From the NCBI GenBank assembly GCA_043228905.1, contig JBHGNT010000011.1, positions 6,634,001 to 6,698,000 of the forward strand: 64,000 bases of DNA. The letters run 5' to 3'. The notes below the pieces were generated by a model. It was not told the origin of the DNA and did not search any database. It worked only from the letters and a program-made list of their open reading frames with translations. The DNA comes from Azolla caroliniana. Taxonomy: Eukaryota; Plantae; Polypodiophyta. The translations under genes and the position numbers were made by a program. How positions within the stretch are numbered: the stretch's first letter is position 1; each line of letters opens with the position of its first letter. Of the stretch, positions 23,283 through 33,677 are shown in pieces.

Positions 23283-23570
23283 GATGAGGAGTACCTGGCT
23301 ACGGAGAGTCGGATGGTGCAGGCCCGGTGAGAACCGGATGAGAAGTACCCGGCAACGGAGAGCCGGATGGTGCAAGCCCGGTGAGAACCGGATGAGGAGT
23401 ACCCGGCTACGGAGAGCCGGATGGTGCGTACCTGGTAGAAACCGGATGAGGAGTACCTGGCTTCGGAGAGCCGGATGGTGCAGACCCGGTGAGAACCGGA
23501 TGAGGAGTACCCGGCTACGAAGAGCCGGATGGTGCAGACCCGGTGAGAACTGGATGACGAGTGCCCGGCA
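23283..23570 (+). repeat. 54-bp CCGG-rich tandem repeat in LTR U3 (5 units plus partial)
   Basis: Unit CCGGATGAGGAGTACCCGGCTACGGAGAGCCGGATGGTGCAGACCCGGTGAGAA; also at ~46515-46750, ~46910-47145, ~54215-54540 and ~58690-58960. Confidence 0.93.
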
Positions 23571-26500
23571 AGATCCGGATGATGCAGGCCCGGTGAGGAG
23601 CGCTCTCCGGATGAAGAGACATATTCGTAAATATGTTTCTGAGAGTCCATCGTGGCTATATTTGTAAATAGCCGAAAAGTCATATTAGTATAAATATGAC
23701 TTAGGGCAAACTTTTAGTTGTTGTTATTCTTGTCTACGCGAGATCAGAGCGCGTAACTGTGTACAAAGAGAGAGAGAGCGAGCAAGAGGTTGTTGCCTCT
23801 GTTGTAACCGCCGCCTGTGGCGAAGGTCGTGAGCACGAGGTCATTGCCTCCGTGAACTCACTATTGTACATTCTAACATAGTGATAGTTTGCAGCCTGTG
23901 GGCTGCCGTGGTTTTTCCCTTAGTTTTGGTTTTCCACGTAAACATCCTGTGTACTCTTCTCTTCTTCGTGTCGTGCATTCTATTTCCCCTTTTCTGTGTA
24001 TAATTCTAAGCTCGGTTGTGGCCGAGCGTTGCGTATAGGGAGCTTGTAGTTCCCGTCAAGTGGTATCAAAGCGAAACGACACAGAAAATGGACGATTCGT
24101 TGGGAGGCATGTTCAAGCTCACCGGCTCCAACTATTCGGTGTGGAAGTCGAAGATGAGGGACATGCTCGTGGTTAAAGACCTCTGGCTGCCGGTTTAGTT
24201 CGGGGACAAGAGACCGGACAAAATCGATGTCGCGATATCGGAGGTGATGCACATGAAGACAACGGCGTACATACGGTGCTTCATCGACATGAGCCTGTAT
24301 AACAACTTCAAGGAAGAGAGCAAGGCTCATGAGCTCTGGGAGAAGATCGACATAATGTTTCAAAACAAAAATGCTGTTAATCAGGTTTCAGTATTCCGGA
24401 AGCTAGTAAGACTCTGGTACCAAGATGGCTCCAGCATGGCGGAGCACATGAATGCCTTCCAGGGGCTGATCCACCAGGCAACTTCATTGGAAGTACCTCT
24501 CGCTGATGAGGTACTAGCGCTACTCCTGCTTGGTTCCCTCCTGGATAGCTGGGAGACGCTGGTTGTCACTTTGGGCAACGCCGGGCTGGAAGGAAAGCGG
24601 TTATCCCTAGCAAGAGTAAAGTCGAGCTTGCTAGATGAGGAAGTGTGTCGGAAAGATAAAGATACAAGCACTGACTCCAAAGCGCTCCTTACCGAATCGG
24701 AACGTGGAAGACAAAGAAACCGTAGTCCCCAGATCCGAGAAAAGTTGGGGACACGGTCAAAGTCAAGGGGGAGACCTACTTGCTTCTATTGCGGGAAGCC
24801 GGGACACTTCCAGAAGCACTGTCGGCATTTCCGAAAGGACAAGGAAACCGACGGTACCAATTCGAAGCGGATACCGGACCGGAACGGTAAAGACCGGAGG
24901 GGAACGGACCGGAAGGGGACGACGACAATCGCGGCAAGTGAAGAAGAGTTGATGCTCATCACCGAGGAGAGTGAGATAAACCTTGCCAGCGACGAGATGA
25001 CCTGGGTGGTCGATTCCGGAGCGTCGCTCCACCTTACCCAGGACCGGAAATGCTTCTCGTCCTACTCAGCCGGTGATCACGGTTGTGTCCGGATGGGGAA
25101 TGAAGGTACATGCCGAATTGTCGGCATAGGTGAAGTATGGTTGTCAACACCAACCGGATGCAAGATGCTACTGAAGGAGGTTCGACACAGTTCGGAGGTT
25201 CGTCTGAACTTGATATCAGTCGGTCGGCTAGATGATGAAGGCTACACGGGTAGCATTCGGAACGGTGTTATGAAGTTCAGCAAAGGGAGCCTGATTGTGG
25301 CTCGGGCCTGGAAGGTAAACACGTTGTACTTGATGAATGCCCGATTAACACGTTCGCGTTCACAAGTGGAAGGATTGCGCATAAGTGGAAGGATAAGGAA
25401 TATTCCGTTTGATTTTGGGGTTTTTTTGCCATTTCACAAAACATCTTGATACTAGTATCACATGTTCTCGAAAACTTGATGAAAAAGTTGAAATTTTCAC
25501 CATTTGGTAAAATTGAAAAATGCCAAATTTGGGTCAAATATGAAAAGTAACTTGTGGATTTTTAAGGAAAAATGACAGCTAATAAGTTTTTAGATCTTAA
25601 GGAAATTGAAAGTACAATACTTCAAAACAATGAACATTTTTATTCCATTCGATAAAATGTTGTCTAAATTTGTTACATATAGTTGTACAACAAATACATT
25701 TGGGAGTTATTTGCATGACTATCATCATTCTTTTCATAACAATCACAACTATAGATAATATACAATCGTGACTCTTCCTCCTCATTTTCCAATGTACCAA
25801 TCAAATCATTGTCTTCACCAAATGGTATCTCCAAATTGTGTGCAGTAAATCTTCTTCCCCTTCAATTTGAGATATCTTCTAGACTTGCTAATATCTCTTT
25901 TATTATGTATATCGTTGTTGTCCTTAAACATCCAAATTTTGTGTGTGTAAAGTCATACATAATGATATCCACCTCATTAATGTTAATCATAGATGTATTA
26001 CAAAGGTTTAATGCATCATCACGTCCAAAACTTTACCAATGCCGAATTGGTACCCTAGGTCATGGCCATCTACATGTGTAGCTATTAATATCCCCATCTT
26101 GAGTTCTTGCAAGTTTCCTTGTCATCTGAGTTCATCCAAAAAACCATAATTTTCATCACAATTCGATATAATAATCTCAAAGTTTGTTTTACTAGATTTA
26201 AAAAATAATAATAATAATAATTTGTGCTTGAGTTCATCTAGAAAACCATAATTGTCATCACAATTCAATATAATGTATTGAGTTCATGCTTAAAGTATTT
26301 TTTTCTAATTTGTTTCAATTTTTTTTTCGAATTTTTATTTATAATTTTAGAAACTTCAGAAGTCCCAGCATATCATGAATTGAACAAAGCTAACTTTTTA
26401 AATGTATTGCAATGTATGGTCTAGTGGTCAAGAGTTAGACCCATGAAGTATTAGGTCATGGGTTCAAGTCCTACCATATCATGATTTCAATATAGCTAAA

Positions 26501-26666
26501 TTTTTTTAAATGAACAAATCTAGCTTTTCAACATGAACTTGATACGGCGTATCGAGTTCATGTAACAAATCACGCTTTTAAACATGAACTCGATACGCCG
26601 TATCGAGTTCATGTTAAAAAGCTAATATAGTATTCTTCGTGTTGATAATATTTCTAAAAATGATTT

Positions 26667-26965
26667 TATCTTGTGTTACAATATATGGTCTAATGGTTAG
26701 GAGTTGGACCCATGAGCGTAAGGTCATGGGTTCGAGTCCTACCTTACCATGACATGAAACAAAACTAATATTTTGCACGAAAAAATCATGCTTTTAAACA
26801 TGAACTCGATACGCCGTATCGAGTTCATGTTTAAAAGCGTGATTTTTTCATCTAAAAATGTTAGTTTTCTTCATGTCATGGTAAGGTGAGACTTGAACCC
26901 ATGACCTAACGTTGCATGGGTCGAGTTCCTAACCATTAAACCATACATTGTAATACAAAGAATAT
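26667..26965. repeat. ~300-bp imperfect inverted repeat centred on palindrome at 26814; each arm has a tRNA-like A/B-box segment
   Basis: 26754 and 26874 are symmetric (CCATGACA / TGTCATGG); arms pair out to ~26667 and ~26965. Confidence 0.88.
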
Positions 26966-27236
26966 TTTCATTTTCAACTACTTTAGCAAGCCTTAGAACA
27001 CTATCAAAGGAGCCACAAGGCATTATTTCGAACCAAATCGGTTCAACGCCAGACTTAAGCCTCTTAGCCTTCATTGTATATTCTTCTCACATAATATATC
27101 GCTGTCATCATCATTCCCACTTAGTCCCTCTCTCACTCTCACTCTCTCTCTCTCTTCTTTTCTCAAGTGTTCTACACCTTCTATTCTTCTTAGTACTAAT
27201 ATTTCTCTCTTAGTACTAATTTCGTCACTGTCTTAG
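26874..27236 (+). repeat. Chromovirus LTR-derived segment (relative of LTR 12689-13132)
   Basis: Shares TGTCATG...GACTYGAACCCATGACC, GAACCAAATYGGTTCAAYGCCAG.CTTAAGCCTCTTAGCC and TCTTCTTAGTACTAAT blocks with 12689-13132. Confidence 0.82.
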
Positions 27237-30139
27237 AAAGTTTTTTTGTGCTTTAATAGGTGATGAAAAAACCAGACTTTTTATCACAAGTCGATACAAT
27301 GTATCGAGTTCATGTTTTAAATTATTATTTTTTCCATAAAAAATAAAAATAAATCAAAAAATTTGAAAAAAAATAAAAAATTTTGAAACAAATTGAAAAT
27401 AAAAAATTTAAAAATTAGAAAAAATTACTTTAAACATGAACTCGATACATTATATCGAATTGTGATGAAAAATCTAGTTTTTCTATGAACTCAAGCTTAA
27501 TTTATAATTTTTATTATTTTTGTTTAATTCGGTAAAAAAACTTTGAACATGAACTCAATATATTGTATAGAATTATGATGAAAACTCTATTTTTTACATC
27601 AACTCAATACAACATATCGTGTTCATGTTTAAAACTGTTGTTGTTTTTCAAATAAAAGAGGTTTTTAAAGATGTATGTTGCACAACAAAATACCTTATGG
27701 TAAACATGTGCTTCATTTATTAGATTCAGAAAACCATTAATAATTCTGTTGATGGTAACTGAACTTTGCAAATGCCATTACGTCACAAATTTTGAAGGGG
27801 AATTCTTATAAGGAAGAACACGATAACATTGTAGATACCCTGATAACTATGTGTTATGTTCAAATTGATATATTAATGTTCACATCTAAAGTTTGACAGT
27901 TTATGAATATCGTCTACATTTTAGGAGTTTTGGATTTATCAAAATTGTTTATGAATATTGTCTACATTTCTTGAGTTGTGAATTTATGGATGTTAGTGAG
28001 CATTAATTTATAGATGATGACATTAAGGATTGCAATGTTACCTTTTATAGTTAAAACATTTTCAAGTCTAACAATAGATGTAATCTTAATCTCCTCAAGA
28101 TGGTGAAACCATTAACCTTAACTTGTGCCTTGAGTTGACCATTGTGATTTTCTTTAAGTTAACTACATTTCATATCTACAAACCATCAAAATTTAAACAT
28201 TTATTGAAAAACTATTCCATTTTAGAAATGATCATTTTGAAACTTGTAAATCTCAAAAAACTAGCAAATTTTTACATGCTATTTAAAACATGTGATACTG
28301 GTGTATCAAGTTTTTGAAAATAGTCTAAAATCGCAAGATTATAAAAGGAATCTATAAGTGGAATGCGCAATCCTTCCACTTGTGAACGCAAACGTGTTGA
28401 TTATGTCCGGAGGAAGTGAACGTTGCATCCAACACTACCGGTGAGCTGTGGCACAAAAGGTTGTGTCACATGAGCCAGAAGGGGATGAAGAGGCTTGCAG
28501 ACGACAACCTCATTCCAGTGAAGAACGTGCACTTGGAGAAGTGTACTGACTGTCTGGCCGGTAAACAAAACTGGACGTCCTTCCGACCAAGGCCACCGAT
28601 GAGATGTAATGTACCACTGGAGTTGGTGCATACTGATGTGTGTCAAGTGGACACGAAGTCACATGCAAGATCGCAGTACTTCGTGATGTTCATAGATGAC
28701 CACAACCGGAAGTTGTGGGCCACACCGTTGAAGACGAAGGATCAGGTGTTATCTGGGATGAATAACGGGGGCAGTTCAAGCAAATAACGGAGGTGAATAC
28801 CGAGGGCAGTTCAAGGAGTACTGTCGCTCGAAGGGAATCCGGCTCGAATTTACCGTCCCGAAGATGCCGGAACTAAACGGGTTGGCCGAGAGGATGAACT
28901 GGACCATAATGGAGAGGGTCCGGAGTATGCTAGCGCATGCAAAACTACCCAAGAAGTTTTGGGCTGAGGCGACATATGTGATCAACAGATCACCCTCAGT
29001 ACCCTTGGACGGAGACACGCCACAGAGAGTTCTGACCGGTAAGGAAGTATCCTATTGGCATCTGAAGGTATTCGGGTGTCTCGCGTACGTGCATGTAGCT
29101 AAGGACCGGAGAGGAAAGTTGGATCCAAAGACCCGGCCATGCATATTCCTCGGTTACGGCAACAATGAGTTCGGCTACCGAGTGTGGGACCTGGTCGACA
29201 AGAAGGTATTCCGGAGTCGAGATATTATCTTCATGGAGGACAAGACGCTTGCGGACTAGGAGTTGGAGAAGAAGATAATGAACTCCGAGTCGACCGGTAA
29301 AGATCGATTCTACGATGAGCAGACCCAACCGGCAAGAGACCGGTATGGCACTCGAGGAACCAGCCGGTTACGGTGAGGATACCGAACCGGTAGAAGGAGA
29401 AGTAGAGGAAGCTGAAACCGGAACCGGCCAAGACCCCGAATCGGATTCGGATGAAGTGCAAATGGAGGAGCCGGTTACCGAAGCCCGAAGACAGAGATAT
29501 TCTCTCAGAGAGAGAAGGGCGCCCCGGAGATTTGCGGATGCAGAGCATGTTCTGCTAACCGATGAGGGGGAGCCAGAAAGCTTCGAAGAAGCGAAGGATG
29601 ACACCCACAGCCGCAAATGGTTAAGTGCCATGCAGGATGAGATGGATTCCCTGCATGAGAATCAAACGTACGAATTGGTGGAGTTGCCGAAAGGAAAGCG
29701 GGCACTCCAAAACAAGTGGGTGTACAAGTTGATGTTGTCTGCCTGGCCGGACTAGCCTCAACACAGGTGTCTATCCGACACTTCTCCAAAGGGGTGGTAA
29801 GGATTGGATGCTAGGTTACACGCGTAAGATGATTACAATTAAGCACAGACGGTAAACAATACGAAGATACAGATAAACACGCAATAATTACTTTTGTATG
29901 ACTTCCGTCAAAGCCTTTACAAATCATGAGATCCTTTTATAGGCATCCGGCAAGGTTACAATCGGTGCGCTTAGGCAACCGACATCCGAATCGGTTCGGA
30001 TCCGGATCGGTACAACTGTACCGGATCCGTCCCTCCGAATAATAATTCTACTATTATTTACTTCCTATTATCCGATCCGACTCCGCCTTCCCACTTCTCC
30101 TTGCTCTTCTACCGGCCAACACATGGCACGCCCGTGGGA

Positions 30140-33115
30140 AAGTGCCTTGCACTTTGAATCCACTCCCGGCCTCATTCTTCCTCCAAAATATCGAGCACAC
30201 TCTGCTCGATGGTGTCAAGTGGTGCTTCTTCCTCCAATTGTTGTTCCTTGCCTGCCTGGTCTCTGACCTCTGGTTGGGTTGGCTGTTCCGTAAAAATTTG
30301 TTGCTCCGGCTCTGCTTGATTCTGTGGTGCCGGTGCTTCCAAACCGCTTCGTCCGGGTTCTTCCTGTTCTCCCTCCGTTCCAGGCTCTGTTCTGTTACCA
30401 GTGTCGCTTTCTCCGGTCTCGACTGGTCGGCTCGGTACGCCTCCTTCCTCTGCTCTGGTGTCGTCCGGTCTCAGCTCTTCTTCTTGTCCGGCATCGTTCT
30501 GCTCCTGCTCTTCTTGATTTCCTTCGAACGGAAGTTCTTCTTCGGGTATTCCTTGTCGGGGTTGTTCGATGTCGGTTGGTTCAACTTCAGCCGTCGCTCT
30601 CCCTCACTTATAGTGATTGGCGTCGTTCTTCCCTTGGCTTCCTGTCGTAACCGGTCCTGCTCGTATTTCTCCTACTCCAACTGAGTTGCGAGCTACCCGT
30701 CATCCAACCTCTCTACCAACCCTCAGATTTCTTTGAGATGTTCTTCCGCTAAAGCGTAGAAATCCTCTGACAATTCTTCCCGAATGGCGACGATACTTTC
30801 TTCATCCATCTTGTAGAACTTGTCACGGGTCTTCCTCCGATTCTCGGCATCCGCTCGGAGTGTCTGCAGCTCGGCTGCCTGTTGTGACCACTCCTTCCAT
30901 AGCTTTTCCGTACTTTCGTTGATGCTTGCCTGAGCTCGGGTACTCCAACCTGACATGATGAGCTTGATCCGGTCAACCCCCACCTTAGCATGCGCATAAG
31001 CTTCTTGCTTTTCCTTCCTTGCCCGTTTTATAATGTCGGCCATTATCTGAGCCTGGGCCTCGTAATCCGCTTTCTGCTTTTCATAGGTACTTTGCAGTTT
31101 GCTAATCGTGAAGGTCGATCTTTCCTTTTCTTCATTCCTGATCTTGGTCAGATCCAGCTTTTCCCGCCTTAGCACCTCTAATTCCTTCCTTCTCTCCGTC
31201 GCTTGGGCTATTTCCGCTGACAATGCTTCCTTTTTGGCACTGACCTAATCGGGTCTCTTTGAGCTGTTCTTTCAGCTTCTCTATTTGCCGGTCGTAGTCT
31301 GCTGTCCGTTTCTTGTTGTCCGACTCGGCCTGCTTGTGATCTCGGTAGAGACGGTCGAAGTCCTCCGTCTTCTGCTTCAAGCGTCGGTTTGCCTGAGCTC
31401 TTAACCGGTCGTCCCGGTCCTTCTGTTGTCGGAGTTCTTCCTGCAGTCGTTCTATCTCCTGCTTGGCATGTCGACGCAGTCGGTCCTTCTCCTTTTGCAG
31501 CTTCTCTTTTTCTTCTTGCAGTCGGTCATTAGTGGCTCGGCCTTTCCGGAGGCCTTCTTCCATTTTTTGTCTGTCGTCCTCCACTGCTTTCCGCTGCTCC
31601 CTTTCTTTATCCCTTAATGCCTCCTGAGCTTTTAACTCCTCTCGTAAGGTTTCTATTATTTTTTCGGTCTCAGGGCCGGTTTGCAAGGCTACCGGTTCTG
31701 GTTGCTTCCTTGTTGTCCCGACCGGCTCGGTGACAACTTGTGCTTGTTGAATTCCTTCCCTTGCCTGCAACAACTCCCCTTGCATTTCCTCGATTTGTGT
31801 TCGGAGCGCGGCCAACTCCTGAGTTGTTGTATGCGTCAGATGTTGCCTACACGTTTCTTCTTCCTCTAAGTGGTCCGCTACTCCCGATAACTGCTCCGAA
31901 AGCCATCTCAGCCATTGTGGCTTTGTGCTTCCTGTGTCGGGGTGGCCTTGCTCACTTCTACTCCTTAACTCAGGCTGTTTTTCCGGCCTTTTCTCTGGCT
32001 CCGGCGCTTGTTCATTCTTCTTCTCTGGGATGACCGGTTCTCTGAAGTCCGGCACAACCGGTGTCGGTGCTGCTTCCCTCGGTACGAGTTCCGGTACTGC
32101 TTCCGCCTCGGCTACTAGAGGTGGTCCTTGCACCCTCTGCTGAGTTTTGTCAACTGGTGGAGCCGGTCCTTTTGCCCGTCTCTCCCGACCTTTTCTTGCT
32201 GGGAGTCTTACCAGTGGTTCAGATGAGTCTTCTGTTTCAGCTTCCTCCTCCGATGCGGCTACCAGACGGACCTTTTGTATAAAGACCTCTGGTTCCGGTT
32301 CCGGCCGTCGCAGCGTTATATTGATTGGTTTGAGCGCTACCGGTTCCTCCTCGGCCGATTTCCCTTTGCCTTTTCCTGCCGGTTTTGCCTTTGTTGCCGG
32401 TTCCTGTTGCTGTCGGGATGGTCCTTCCCCCCGTTGTTCTGCTTCTTCCTGGGTCCATCCGGGGGTGTGTTTCTCCAGGATATGTCAGCGCTTTGTGACC
32501 TTTTTCGGCGTTGTCTCCTGCCGACCTCTTTTCTTTTGTTTGATGGGGAGTACTGGTGGGACTAACACCGTTAGCCATTGTGCTATCCCGGCCCATGGCT
32601 TTTTTCCTTCCACAAGGTTCTTGATGGCCTCCTTCAATCCTTCGGTTATGAAATGGAGCCAGTCCACTTGTAATCCTTCGTACGCTGCAATTAAGAACAC
32701 TGCCTGGTACCTGGCTATGGCCGGGGGACGAGGATTCACGAATCCGTATTCCATCATGGCGCGGGCCACTTCTCCGAACAGCAGGTTCTCTCCGCCCTGT
32801 GTTCGGTACGCCTTGCTGCTGATAGAATACTCACCGAAATATTCGAACAGGATTTCACTTGAAGGGTTTTCGATTGTTTGAAGTCCTCCTGCTTTTATCC
32901 CCGTGAGCGCCTGCACCGCTCCTTCCGTGATTTCTGATAAATCAATCGATGCTGCCGCCTGCTCTGGTTCTGCGTGTGGTGGAGCGTCGGCGATCCGCAA
33001 CAATCCTTTTAACCCGTTCTCCCTCATCCATTGGCGTGCCTCCTCCGACAGTACCATTGGTTCGAATTCTTCTTCTGCTGTCTGTTGTTCGGGATCGGGT
33101 TGTGTGTGCGCTATG
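30140..33115 (-). pseudogene. Extra ORF between integrase and 3' LTR: globular N-terminal domain plus long coiled coil
   Basis: ORFs 32485-33057, 31132-32133 and 30723-31223 separated by stops or frameshifts; TATATAA (minus) at ~33194-33200; homologous to 61238-63560. Confidence 0.75.
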
Positions 33116-33677
33116 CGTCGGATCGCTCTTCTGTGCTTCTGCGCCTGTGCATAGGAAAATTCGTAAAAAGTAAGTCCTTCGCAGGCCTATGTCTTATATA
33201 GTGGCTTTTGCCTCGAGCCGCCCTTTTCCGTTTCCCGCGCATGTTCATCTCCCGCCATAATTAGTATGTACTTTCTTGCTTGCCGCGTGTGAGTGCCCAC
33301 GTTCCCTGCTTTAAATAGCAAGTACGTGCACGTCCTTCTTTACTGCATGGCGCCTCTTCGTTGCATGGTGGCGCTCCCACCTCTTGTGATCTCCCCATCG
33401 CTACTATGATTCACGCCGATTTGGCCCACGTCATTTTTTTCTTTCTTTCTTTGTTTGGACCACGTCATTTTCTGGTCCCCCCCGATTTGTTCGGGTCGGT
33501 TTGTGTTGATACCGGATCCTTCTGTCGGTTTTCCGGAATAGTCTTTGTCAGTATCGGTGTCGGTTCCTCCTCGGTCCGAATATCTTCAGCAGCGTTTGTC
33601 GGTGTCGGTTCCTTATCTTGCCGGATTTCCGGGTTTTGCTTGAACGGGTTGGCTGGCATATTTCCCTTATACGGCTT

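Larger units (their letters stand above)
25347..28398 (-). mobile_element. Non-autonomous TIR DNA transposon (3052 bp), deletion derivative of the Sola1-like family
   Basis: 36-bp TIRs AACACGTTCGCGTTCACAAGTGGAAGGATTGCGCAT / ATGCGCAATCCTTCCACTTGTGAACGCAAACGTGTT. 4-bp TSD GATT at 25343-25346 and 28399-28402; removal restores the Copia ORF. Minus-strand remnants QGNLQELKMGILIATH...QFGIGKVLD and VDIIMYDFTHTKFGCLRTTTIYIIKE match the transposase C-terminus at 48888-49667. Confidence 0.92.

Noticed and set aside
23284-23667. Repetitive MRSTRLRRAGW... ORFs (also 46432-47257, 54140-54487, 58616-59083)
   Set aside because: By-product of a 54-bp stop-free LTR minisatellite; open in several frames and on both strands.
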